A DNA stretch of 22,476 bases, from assembly GCA_050633305.1 (NCBI GenBank), contig JBOEGF010000071.1, positions 1 to 22,476 of the forward strand, in the 5' to 3' direction. The notes beneath the pieces were generated by a model, which searched no databases, was not told the origin of the DNA, and saw nothing but the letters and a program-made list of their open reading frames with translations. Made by a program: the position numbers and the translations under genes. This stretch comes from Nannocystales bacterium. Its GTDB lineage: Bacteria > Myxococcota_A > Polyangia > Nannocystales > Nannocystaceae. Below are positions 10,741-19,009 of the stretch, piece by piece; position 1 is the first letter of the stretch, and every line of letters begins with the position of its first letter.

Positions 10741-10956
10741 ATGCACACACCTTCCCACACGCCAGCCCCCGCGACAGGCCATGTCCGAGTCCGCCCCTCT
10801 TCGATCCGCCGCGCTCGCCAGATCGCGCCCCGCGTCGGTCTCGTCGTAGACGCCGGCGGGAGGGAGCGCGTGCCTACGCATAGCGACGTGCTTCGCGAAG
10901 CGGTCCGCCGCGGGTTGGAATCGCTGGAGGCCGAGTTCTGCGGGGGGTCGCGATGA
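10741..10956 (+). CDS. Ribbon-helix-helix (CopG/Arc-like) regulator
   Basis: Beta-strand HVRVR, helix SSIRRARQIA, second helix THSDVLREAVRRGLESLE; AGGAG RBS upstream. Confidence 0.6.
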   Translation: MHTPSHTPAPATGHVRVRPSSIRRARQIAPRVGLVVDAGGRERVPTHSDVLREAVRRGLESLEAEFCGGSR

Positions 10957-11183
10957 CGCTCGAACTCGACAATCTGCCGCCGATGCTGGTCGCGAGCGAG
11001 GTCGCGACGCTACTGAGGATCAAGACGAAATCCGTTTGGGAAAGACGTCGCCTGGGCAAGCCGCCGCAGGCGGTCAAGGTTGGTGGCCGACTGCTCTACC
11101 CCCGCGACGACGTCCTGGCGCTGCTGCGACCCACCGCGGAGCCTGCCGCGAACGACAGCGGTACGGAGGTTCGGCATGGTTGA
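10953..11183 (+). CDS. AlpA/excisionase-like helix-turn-helix protein
   Basis: 'MLVASEVATLLRIKTKSVWERRRLGKPPQAVKVGGRLLYPRDDVLALL'; ATGA-coupled to the RHH gene. Confidence 0.85.
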   Translation: MTLELDNLPPMLVASEVATLLRIKTKSVWERRRLGKPPQAVKVGGRLLYPRDDVLALLRPTAEPAANDSGTEVRHG

Positions 11184-11448
11184 GGTCGACTACGAAGCCC
11201 GACGGGCCGAGGCCGACCTCGTGATCCTGCGCTCCGATGTCTGGCGAGCCCAGGCGCATGAGCGCGAGCTTGCCCAGCCACTCGCCGACTCATTCGACGA
11301 GCGGTTGGCCGAGACCTGCCGCGAGTTCCCCGAGGTGCCTCCGGCCGAGGTCCGCCGAGGCATGCAGCAGCTCGACGCGTGGACCGTCATGCGGATGGGC
11401 CAGATCGCCTGCCTGGCCCCGCTTGGGCACCTGTCTTCCGTCCGATAG
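11176..11448 (+). CDS. Hypothetical protein
   Basis: GGAGG RBS before ATG 11176; overlaps the AlpA stop; 90 aa, helical-looking. Confidence 0.6.
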   Translation: MVEVDYEARRAEADLVILRSDVWRAQAHERELAQPLADSFDERLAETCREFPEVPPAEVRRGMQQLDAWTVMRMGQIACLAPLGHLSSVR

Positions 11449-11477
11449 CTCCACGTAGGCGGTGTGCGTCTGCGTTG

Positions 11478-11542
11478 GGCCTCCCCAGCGAAATCGCTGC
11501 TGGGGTCTGTTGCTCCCCGTGGTTCGGGCCCACGGGGAGCAA
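11478..11542 (+). other. Intergenic double hairpin upstream of the primase gene (candidate attenuator or structured RNA)
   Basis: CCCCAGC...GCTGGGG stem (11483-11505) and a 13-bp perfect stem TTGCTCCCCGTGG/CCACGGGGAGCAA (11510-11542). Confidence 0.5.
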
Positions 11543-11594
11543 GCGTATTCCAACCTGCCCGCGCACACAGGCCGCCCGAGTGCCTGCACACCAC

Positions 11595-13793
11595 ATGACG
11601 ACCACACCGGACTTCGTAGAACACTACAGAGCTAACGGTTGGGCCACGATTCGAGCCCACGCCGCTTCCAAACAACCCATCGGAGCTTGGCAGGGCCGCA
11701 CGGACGAGGCCGAGGACTTCGGTCCGGGGGAGAACGTCGGGGTACGCCTCGGCGCTCCCTCGGGCGGTCTCGTCGATGTCGACCTCGATTGCGACGAGGC
11801 GGTCGCACTCGCCCCACTGTACCTCCCGACCACAGCCACGTTTGGTCGCGCCTCGAAGCCGAAGTCCCATTGGGTCTACCTGTGCCCCGAGCTTGACCGG
11901 TCCAAGAAACCGCCGAACACCGGGGTAGAACTCCGAAGCACGGGGCTACAGACCATCGTGCCGCCCTCGATTCACACCTCCGGAGAGGCCATCGAGTGGA
12001 CCGATGCGTCGCCGGTGGCAGCCGTGGCCGGGACGGAGCTGCTCCCTGCGTTCGGAAGACTGGTCACCGCCACGGTGCTGGCCCGTTGCGCCCCAAAGCT
12101 CCAAGAGGGCAGGGGGATTCACCACGCGGTCCTGGCCGTCGCTGGAGCCATGTGGCGTGAAGGCGCTACAGCGGAACAGGCTCGGGCGGTCATCCTCCCA
12201 GCGCTCGAGCTTCACGCGGGCCCCGACAACGGGCACAGGTTCGAAGCCATTGACGCGACATGGGACGAAGGCAACGACCGCAACCGTTCGGGCTGGCCCA
12301 CGGTCAAGGAGTTGTTCGGCGACGTCGCGACCACCGCCCTGAAACGCTCGGTAGAGCTGTGGACAGAGCCGGCACGTGTTGAAGAGGACGAAGGCCGGCC
12401 TCAGGTCGACCTCAACGGCGATTTGGGCGAGGCAGTCGACCAGGTCGTCGAGATCCTCGCCCGTCGCCCGTCAGAGCGCGCGCGCCTGTTCCGAGGGCAG
12501 GGAGCCCTTTGTACGATTGATGGGCCGTGCGACCACAACCGTCTCGCCGTCGAACTCGCACGGCTGATCGCATTCGTTCGCGGAAACCAAAAAGGAGGCT
12601 CGGTGCCGGCGCTCCCGCCACGAGAGTTCGTCGCGCGACTGGCCTCCGTCTTGGCTCTGGACGAGCGCATCCCCGAGCTACGGGGCACGTGGTCGGGTCC
12701 GCTGCTGCACGCCGACGGGTCGGTCCGCACGGAGGCCGGCTACGACAGCGACACCAAGTTGTGGTGCGAGGGGTTCGCGGGTGGCCCCGAGACCGGTACG
12801 ACCCACGAGGAGGCAGTCGCCGCAGCCCAGAGGATTCTCGGGTTCGTTCACGCCGGGCAATGGCAGGGGCCCGAGGACGTCGGGGCGTTCCTCGCTCACG
12901 TCCTGACGGTCGCCGCCCGGCCGATGATCGAGGGCAGCGTTCCTGCTTTCGTCTACAGTGCGTCGGCGACTGGGGCCGGGAAGACGACGCTTGCGAGGAT
13001 GGCGGGCCTTCTCGGCGGGGGGTGCTCGGACTACACGGAGCCCAGCGTCAACGACGATGCTGAACTCGCGCGGCGACTCGACGAGCACGCGCACCGTCCC
13101 GCGGTCGTCCTCGATAACCTCCGCGGCGTGTTCCGTACGGCTCTCCTCGAGGGAGCCGTCACCGGCGGGACTCTCCCGGTTCGCCGGCTCTATATCGGCC
13201 CTGTTGTCGTTCTGTGGCGTGCTGTCCTCGCGATCACCTCGAACGGCGCGGAAATCGGCCGCGATTGGGTCCGCCGCTCGCTCCCCGTCCGGCTCGCTCC
13301 GGCGAAGCTCGACACGAAACGGGACCTGCTCGAGGAAGCCGAGGGCGACCTGCAGCTCCGCGCGGACGCGGTGACCATCGTGCGTGCCTGGCTCCTCAGC
13401 GGCGAGGAGCCGGCGTGTGCCTCGCTCGCTTCGTTTGCCGAGTGGAGCCGCGTGGTGGCGGGCGCGGTCGCGTGGGTTGGCGGTGGAGACATCGTGACCA
13501 CCTCACGGGCGGCCGCAGAGGAGCTTGCGGCGACGGACGAGGACGACAGCGGGATCCTGGATGTCATCGCCGACTGGCTCAAGAAGACAGGCCGGACAGA
13601 CTTCTCCAGCCGCGAACTCTACGATGCCGCGCAGCTGCCCGCAGCACGGCTCGGCCCCCTGGGGGAGGCTCTGGGCGAGTTTGCCAGCGTCCGGAAGCTC
13701 GCCCGGCGACTCGCACGAACCCACGACTCGCGTCGTGCCATCACCTACAAGACCGTCCGGGGTACCCGGCGCTGGATGATCGTCGATCGCTAA
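11595..13793 (+). CDS. Bifunctional primase-polymerase (Prim-Pol) fused to a P-loop helicase-like domain
   Basis: Prim-Pol motifs NVGVRLG, LVDVDLD, SHWVY, ELRSTGLQTIVPPSIH. C-terminal Walker A ATGAGKTT, Walker B VVLDN and ITSN (SF3-like). Start at ATG 11595. Confidence 0.88.
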   Translation: MTTTPDFVEHYRANGWATIRAHAASKQPIGAWQGRTDEAEDFGPGENVGVRLGAPSGGLVDVDLDCDEAVALAPLYLPTTATFGRASKPKSHWVYLCPELDRSKKPPNTGVELRSTGLQTIVPPSIHTSGEAIEWTDASPVAAVAGTELLPAFGRLVTATVLARCAPKLQEGRGIHHAVLAVAGAMWREGATAEQARAVILPALELHAGPDNGHRFEAIDATWDEGNDRNRSGWPTVKELFGDVATTALKRSVELWTEPARVEEDEGRPQVDLNGDLGEAVDQVVEILARRPSERARLFRGQGALCTIDGPCDHNRLAVELARLIAFVRGNQKGGSVPALPPREFVARLASVLALDERIPELRGTWSGPLLHADGSVRTEAGYDSDTKLWCEGFAGGPETGTTHEEAVAAAQRILGFVHAGQWQGPEDVGAFLAHVLTVAARPMIEGSVPAFVYSASATGAGKTTLARMAGLLGGGCSDYTEPSVNDDAELARRLDEHAHRPAVVLDNLRGVFRTALLEGAVTGGTLPVRRLYIGPVVVLWRAVLAITSNGAEIGRDWVRRSLPVRLAPAKLDTKRDLLEEAEGDLQLRADAVTIVRAWLLSGEEPACASLASFAEWSRVVAGAVAWVGGGDIVTTSRAAAEELAATDEDDSGILDVIADWLKKTGRTDFSSRELYDAAQLPAARLGPLGEALGEFASVRKLARRLARTHDSRRAITYKTVRGTRRWMIVDR

Positions 13794-13940
13794 ATATCGC
13801 TATTTCGTCGGTGGTGGCTCGGGTGACCACCCCCCCTACTCAGCGTGATCAGTTTTTCTTATATAGGGGGAGATGGGCGGGTGGGTCACCTGAAGCCACC
13901 TAACCCACGAATAGCGCTATCTGATCGCTATTAGCGATAG
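13785..13940. promoter_or_regulatory. Putative replication origin: long imperfect inverted repeat around an AT-rich core, with ATCGCTA repeats
   Basis: Arms about 13798-13838 and 13864-13916 flank GTTTTTCTTATA. ATCGCTA/TAGCGAT occurs at about 13786, 13796, 13924 and 13932. Lies directly after the primase-helicase stop. Confidence 0.6.
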
Positions 13941-14031
13941 CTCGCGCATGTCCTTCGCAGGCATGCACCCAACACCCACGCGCCCCGGCTCGGTCTTCCC
14001 CGCGCCGGATCGCGGGCGTGCCTACAACCCA

Positions 14032-14313
14032 ATGAACGAACCCACACAACCGAAACTCCCCTGGTCCTCCGTGCGTGAGGCTGCCGCTGCCGCCCTCGAA
14101 GACCTCGACAACCCAACGGCATGGCTGGCCCTGCTCGACGCCACCACGAGGTACCAACAGGCGGCCTCTGCCGGCCTCAACCGCGGCACCCGTTTCCGCC
14201 TGGTCGCCTCGATTGCAGGTCGACCGGATGGCACGACCGAGGAGCGGCTCGCTGCTTGCTCCGCCCTTGCGTCACTCCCCAGGCCGGCCGCCGCGGTTGC
14301 GCGCGTGCACTGA
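14032..14313 (+). CDS. Hypothetical protein
   Basis: Ala/Leu-rich helical ORF in the + strand gene run; start uncertain (13948 or 14032). Confidence 0.55.
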   Translation: MNEPTQPKLPWSSVREAAAAALEDLDNPTAWLALLDATTRYQQAASAGLNRGTRFRLVASIAGRPDGTTEERLAACSALASLPRPAAAVARVH

Positions 14314-14339
14314 CCCCAACCCCACGAACGCCCGACACC

Positions 14340-14651
14340 ATGATCGAAGACACCACGACCGCCGAACCCCTCGGCCTCGTCGAACTCGCCGCAGAATCCC
14401 GCACACTTCTGGTCCACGTCGCTGAGGACCCGGAAGAAACTCCCGAACGACGCAATCACGCTCGAGTAGGACTCATGCGTATCCTCGACGACGAGGAACT
14501 GGACACGCTCCAAGCAGCGATGTCCGGGAACCGAGAGGACGTCCGGCTCTACTGTGGCGTGATGGCCTACACCCTCCTCGGCCCCGAGCCCTCGCCTGAG
14601 GAGTTCCGCTACTACGCCAGCGCAGTGCTGGATTCAGGTGCCAATGGCTAA
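14340..14651 (+). CDS. Hypothetical acidic protein
   Basis: MIEDTTTAEPLGLVELAAES...; overlaps the start of the next gene, as in an operon. Confidence 0.6.
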   Translation: MIEDTTTAEPLGLVELAAESRTLLVHVAEDPEETPERRNHARVGLMRILDDEELDTLQAAMSGNREDVRLYCGVMAYTLLGPEPSPEEFRYYASAVLDSGANG

Positions 14652-15192
14652 GGGGAAGCGCGCGCCATCGCCCCCCCGCACGGATGCTGTCAACTGCCAT
14701 AGCCGACGAGGCCGACGCGTCCAGCTGTCCGAAGATGCCCTCCTACGTGCCCTGGAGTCCGGCAAGGACGTTGACACCATTGCCTCCGCCAACAGGTGCT
14801 CTCCCCGAACGGTCGCCCGTCGCATCGCCGCCGCACGTGCTCTCCACGGGCCAGGCTGGGGTAGGCCGTCAGACCCCGAACCTCCACCAGCGCCCAAGCT
14901 CCCCCCGATCCCGACCAGCGGCGTTCCCGACTGGGCGGGCCTGGTAGACGCCGGGCGCGGCGTCGTCTGGCAGGGGATCAACGGAGAGCTGAGCCCAGAC
15001 CCCAAGGACCGTTTGAGGGCCTGTGAGGTCGCTTTCCGTCATGCGGACACGCTCCGGTCCGAGGACCGCGGCCACGAGGAGGTCGACCACGCAGACCTCC
15101 TCGCACGCATCGAGGCGGCAACGGCCCCGCCGGAGCCCAACGTGTCCGAAGGGGACCTGGCCCCCGAGGGCACAGGCGCACCGGGCGCATAG
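14644..15192 (+). CDS. HTH protein, possible terminase small subunit
   Basis: N-terminal HTH 'DALLRALESGKDVDTIASANRCSPRTVARRI' and later 'DPKDRLRACEVAFRHA', reminiscent of TerS oligomerisation helices; located after the replication module. Confidence 0.45.
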   Translation: MAKGKRAPSPPRTDAVNCHSRRGRRVQLSEDALLRALESGKDVDTIASANRCSPRTVARRIAAARALHGPGWGRPSDPEPPPAPKLPPIPTSGVPDWAGLVDAGRGVVWQGINGELSPDPKDRLRACEVAFRHADTLRSEDRGHEEVDHADLLARIEAATAPPEPNVSEGDLAPEGTGAPGA

Positions 15193-15198
15193 GGCCGA

Positions 15199-15269
15199 GG
15201 CGGCAGGCGCTGGGCCTGTTTCGACCGAATAGGCCCAGCGCTGATCATGGGCGATCGCCCATAGCCGCC
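15199..15269. repeat. Nested inverted repeats upstream of the serine recombinase
   Basis: GCGCTGGGCCTGTT/AATAGGCCCAGCGC (15207-15241), perfect 16-bp palindrome ATGGGCGATCGCCCAT (15247-15262), outer GGCGGC/GCCGCC pair. Confidence 0.7.
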
Positions 15270-15315
15270 CAGGCACGCCGGTTGCGGCCCATCCGGTCCC
15301 GGTTACCACCATCCC

Positions 15316-16110
15316 ATGCCCCGCGCCGTCGCCTACATCCGAGCGAGCACCGCCGACCAGACCCAGACCCTCGACGCCCAGCGCGAGCGGATCGCCGCCT
15401 GGGCCGAGCGCGAAGGGGTCGAGGTCGTCGCCTACCACGTGGACGCAGGGGTCTCGGGCACCACGCCCGCCCACAAGCGCACTGGGCTGACCGACGCCCT
15501 CCTCGACGTCGAGACACACCGCGCTGATCTCCTCGTCGTCACCACGCGTGACCGCCTCGCCCGGTCGGCTCTCGACGCCGCCCTCCTCGACCGCGACCTC
15601 GCCAAGCTCAAGGCCCGCGTGGTCGCTGTCGACGGCGACGCAGCCAGCAACGCCGACACCGATGAAGGCCGCCTGGTCCGCACCATCCTCGACGCCGTCG
15701 CCGAGTACGAAGCGGCGAGGACCCGAGCGCGCACCCGGGCGGTCCTCCGCCACCGTCGCCAGCAGGGCCTCCGAACAGGCGGCCGCCTGCCCTACGGCTT
15801 CGACGAACTCGAGGGGCGCCTCATCCCGTACGAGCCCGAGCAGAACGCACTACGCCGGCTCTACGAACTCTCAGACGCCGGCATGTCCCAGCGCCGGATC
15901 GCGACCATCCTCGACGCCGAGCGATGGCCCACCCGTGGCGAGAAGTGGCACCGCTCCTTGGTGCGGCGCCTGCTCGAACGACGGGCCGAGAACGTCCCGG
16001 CGGCCGCGGAGGACCGCTGGGTCTATGGGTCAATGGGTCTAGCGTCGCGGCAGGATCTCTTTCCGGAGCAGCACGATCAGTTCCCCCAAGCACGCATAAG
16101 CTCGAACTAA
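15316..16110 (+). CDS. Serine recombinase (resolvase catalytic domain plus partial recombinase DNA-binding domain)
   Basis: AVAYIRASTADQ (catalytic Ser), DAGVSG, R-x-GL, RDRLAR, AEYE, GGRLPYGF, GMSQRRIATILD...KWHRSLVRRLL. Confidence 0.9.
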   Translation: MPRAVAYIRASTADQTQTLDAQRERIAAWAEREGVEVVAYHVDAGVSGTTPAHKRTGLTDALLDVETHRADLLVVTTRDRLARSALDAALLDRDLAKLKARVVAVDGDAASNADTDEGRLVRTILDAVAEYEAARTRARTRAVLRHRRQQGLRTGGRLPYGFDELEGRLIPYEPEQNALRRLYELSDAGMSQRRIATILDAERWPTRGEKWHRSLVRRLLERRAENVPAAAEDRWVYGSMGLASRQDLFPEQHDQFPQARISSN

Positions 16111-16746
16111 CGGGTCTTCCCCTCCGCCCTCAGCATCGACAGAGGCCGCGACGCTCACGAATCGGTGGATCAGCAGCCCTGCGTCCTCTGAAACGTACAA
16201 CATTGCAGCAAACGCAGCTCCTTGCATCGCCGTCGTGGCTTCTCGGAACGCCTCGCCGGCCTGGACTTTGATTGCTGTGTCGGCCGCGACCACGCCTGCG
16301 GCGTGGTACATCCCCGCATCGCTCAGGAAGACAGAGGCCTGCGAGTAGAGGGTTTCGACAGTCTCCAGTCGCCTGGCTTCGAACGCCTTGGTACGTTCCG
16401 CTTCAAGGGAGAGGGAGTGTCGACGCAGGTCGTCCGTCTCGTTCCGAATGGCGTCGACCTGATCTCCCACGGTCTTCAGATATGCCTCGGCGTCCTTCCG
16501 AAGCGACATTTCGTGGCTTAGGAGCCGAGTCTTCGCGCCTTCGTCCAGGTCTGTCTTCACCGCAGCTAGACGAGTCTTCATGCCCTCATCCAGCGTCGTC
16601 TTCACTTTGGCCAGGTCCTCGGCGGTAGTCCGCTCGATGGTCTTCTTGACGAGGTGCCAAAATATCCCGAGCACCCCTAAGAAGACCAACGCCGCCAGGG
16701 GCGTGACGCCGAAGCCAGTCTCGATCAGCTTAGCTACGTCCTTCAT
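16039..16746 (-). CDS. Membrane-anchored coiled-coil protein (paralog A)
   Basis: N-terminal TM LAALVFLGVLGIFW, heptad-rich middle, motif HSLSLEAERTKAFEARR. Confidence 0.75.
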   Translation of the reverse strand: MKDVAKLIETGFGVTPLAALVFLGVLGIFWHLVKKTIERTTAEDLAKVKTTLDEGMKTRLAAVKTDLDEGAKTRLLSHEMSLRKDAEAYLKTVGDQVDAIRNETDDLRRHSLSLEAERTKAFEARRLETVETLYSQASVFLSDAGMYHAAGVVAADTAIKVQAGEAFREATTAMQGAAFAAMLYVSEDAGLLIHRFVSVAASVDAEGGGEDPLVRAYACLGELIVLLRKEILPRR

Positions 16747-16812
16747 CCCCGGACCGTAGAATACTCTAGCGCACTGCGTGCGTTCCCGGTAAAGCTCCCA
16801 ACTCGTCCGCGA

Positions 16813-17700
16813 TCAGCCGGGCTCTACAGCTTCGGTGGTCGGGCTCGTCCCAGGCTGCGAGTGCGGCGTCTCTCCAGTCGGAAGGGTTTCCCCCTCGACG
16901 TCGTCGCTGGCATCGGGCGACCGTTGCCCGGATCCTGGGGAGGTGAGGCCGGTCTGGACAGGGGAGAGCAGCTCGCCCCGCAACGCGACCAGGAGGCGGC
17001 CGATCGTCCGATGGGCGTCGTCTGAGGTCGTAGCGACCTGGCCGAGAGCCATCATTCGTTCGTCGCTGCCCGGGGGCGCGCCCACGAACTCTGATATCGC
17101 CTCACTCGTCTTGGAGAACACGCCGCAGGCCTTGAGCAGCACCTTGTAGAGGTCGCGGGACAGATAGAGCGAGGCAACCCGGGCTGACTTGTAGACGTCG
17201 GCAACAACGCGCGCGCAGTCACTGCGGACCCGCTCCATGACCTGCTGAGCCTCGCGGGGAGGGAGATCCTCCTCGGCGGCCTCGACCGAGATCGCGCCCA
17301 TGGTGAGAAGGTGGAACAGCTCGTTTGCCTCGGCTGCCAGCTCCGCACAAAGCTCCGCCCGCCTCGCCTCGAAGTTCCGCCGTCGCTCCGCCTCCAGCCC
17401 GAGCGAGTGTGCCCGTAGCTGCTCCGCCTCACGCTCAACGCCGCGCAGCTCCGACCGCAGCGCCGCCAGGCTCCGCTCGTGCTCCCGCTGCTGCGCGGTG
17501 AGCCGGTCCGCGATGTCCGCCTTGTGGTCCTCGAGCTTCTTCGCGAGGTCGTTCCGGTGTCCGTCGATCCCCTGTTGGATCGCCGAGTCCAGCCCGCGCT
17601 CGAACAGCTTGCGACCGACCCAGACGCCCGCGACTACGAGGCCGGCCGCGACAACTGATCCCCCAACGTAGTCCAGTACGAGATCGAGCGATTCGAACAC
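16813..17700 (-). CDS. Membrane-anchored coiled-coil protein (paralog B)
   Basis: N-terminal TM GGSVVAAGLVVAGVWVG, coiled coil, motif HSLGLEAERRRNFEARR. Start set at GTG 17700 by comparison with paralog A. Confidence 0.75.
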   Translation of the reverse strand: MFESLDLVLDYVGGSVVAAGLVVAGVWVGRKLFERGLDSAIQQGIDGHRNDLAKKLEDHKADIADRLTAQQREHERSLAALRSELRGVEREAEQLRAHSLGLEAERRRNFEARRAELCAELAAEANELFHLLTMGAISVEAAEEDLPPREAQQVMERVRSDCARVVADVYKSARVASLYLSRDLYKVLLKACGVFSKTSEAISEFVGAPPGSDERMMALGQVATTSDDAHRTIGRLLVALRGELLSPVQTGLTSPGSGQRSPDASDDVEGETLPTGETPHSQPGTSPTTEAVEPG

Positions 17701-17812
17701 GGACAGGACTCTACCAATCCCGGGGCCCCACCGGCCCCTCACCCGAACCGGGCCCACCCGCACGAACGCGGAGCCCACAACCCACCGTGGAGGAAACCCA
17801 GATGCCCGAAGG

Positions 17813-18028
17813 ATGAAACCCAAGAAGACCCCCCGACACACCACCGAACTCTCTGAGTTCCTGATCTGCAAATGCGGCGACCCGTTCTGCGACGGTACCG
17901 ACCCGGCCGGGAAGCTGAAGCCCCGGCGACCGGCCGACTACATCGAGAAGAACGAGTCAGGAACGTTCCGAGCCGCCGCTCGGGCCCGCATCGACGGACT
18001 CAAGAAACGCCGTCGCCGATACGGCTGA
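17813..18028 (+). CDS. Small basic protein with CxC-x4-C cluster (possible metal-binding)
   Basis: ICKCGDPFCDGT motif and Arg/Lys-rich ends; followed by a terminator-like hairpin. Confidence 0.5.
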   Translation: MKPKKTPRHTTELSEFLICKCGDPFCDGTDPAGKLKPRRPADYIEKNESGTFRAAARARIDGLKKRRRRYG

Positions 18029-18038
18029 ACGACAACCC

Positions 18039-18078
18039 GCCGGCCTCTACCTCGCTCGAGGTCGGGGCCGGCTTCTTT
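18039..18078 (+). terminator. Rho-independent terminator
   Basis: GCCGGCCTC-T-ACCTCG/CGAGGT-C-GGGGCCGGC hairpin followed by TTCTTT. Confidence 0.6.
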
Positions 18079-18101
18079 CGACCCAACCCACGAACCGAAC
18101 C

Positions 18102-18560
18102 ATGAGACCCGAAGAACAAGCCCTTCGAAACATCGGCATGCCCCACCGTATCGATGTTCCCCCAACCCTCACCACCGAGATCGCCGACACCCTCGGCCTG
18201 ACACCCGCAGACACGCAAGCGTTGGCCGACCACCTCGCCCAACGTACTCCGCATCCGAACGGCGCGCCCGAGTTCGACGTCGGCCAACCCGTCGCTCCGT
18301 TCGCAAGGGCACTCGCAACCAACTACAGCGACGACGGCCTGAGCCGCCTCGCTTCGCTGCGCGGGCTACACCGCCAACGGGACGAAGCGGACGCGGACCT
18401 GCGCACCCGCCTCATCGCCGACGCGGGTGCCCGCGTGCTCACCGGTGACCAACTCACGACGTTCGCGACCCTCCGCGGCTTGACCCGTGGGCCAGACGAA
18501 TCCGATCCGGAGTTGCGCACACGACTCCTCGCCGACGCCGTCGCTCGCCTCGCGGCCTGA
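18102..18560 (+). CDS. Small protein with two baseplate-J-like 'L..LA..RGL.R...E.D..LR.RL' repeats
   Basis: GLSRLASLRGLHRQRDEADADLRTRL and GDQLTTFATLRGLTRGPDESDPELRTRL. Start 18102 or 18138. Confidence 0.65.
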   Translation: MRPEEQALRNIGMPHRIDVPPTLTTEIADTLGLTPADTQALADHLAQRTPHPNGAPEFDVGQPVAPFARALATNYSDDGLSRLASLRGLHRQRDEADADLRTRLIADAGARVLTGDQLTTFATLRGLTRGPDESDPELRTRLLADAVARLAA

Positions 18561-18568
18561 ACCACCCC

Positions 18569-18991
18569 ATGCCGAGAAGTAGAAAGCCCGAATCCAATCT
18601 TGAGAGCGTGGCGGACGAACTCGCCCACGCCCTTGGCTCGTCTCCCGAGGACAGACAGTCGCTACGCGAACACCTCGCCCGGCCGATCCCCGATCCCGAC
18701 CGCGTCATCACCCACGACCTGGATCACCCGATCGCTGGCTTCGGTCGGCTGTTGGCCGCGGCCTACACGGGCAACAGCCTGAGCCTCCTTGCGGCCAAGA
18801 GGAACCTGCACCGTCGCCGCGACGAATCCGACGCCAGCGTACGCGCCCGACTCTGCGCGGACGCAGCGGCTCGTCTTGCGTCAGAAGCCGAGGTGCGTCG
18901 TCGCCTCATCGAGGACGGCGAGGCTCGTTCCAGAGTCGATGCCATGGAACAGGCCCGCCCGTTCTCGAAGAACCACTACTTCAACACCTAG
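18569..18991 (+). CDS. Paralog of the preceding gene with one baseplate-J-like repeat
   Basis: Shared N-terminus (ELAHALGSSPEDRQSLREHLA vs EIADTLGLTPADTQALADHLA) and GNSLSLLAAKRNLHRRRDESDASVRARL. Confidence 0.65.
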   Translation: MPRSRKPESNLESVADELAHALGSSPEDRQSLREHLARPIPDPDRVITHDLDHPIAGFGRLLAAAYTGNSLSLLAAKRNLHRRRDESDASVRARLCADAAARLASEAEVRRRLIEDGEARSRVDAMEQARPFSKNHYFNT

Positions 18992-19009
18992 CCCCACCCA
19001 ACGCCCGCC

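Noticed and set aside
17813..18028. Bona fide CDGSH [2Fe-2S] protein
   Set aside because: Spacing between CxC and PFCDG is too short and the ligand His is replaced by Asp; kept only as a resemblance.
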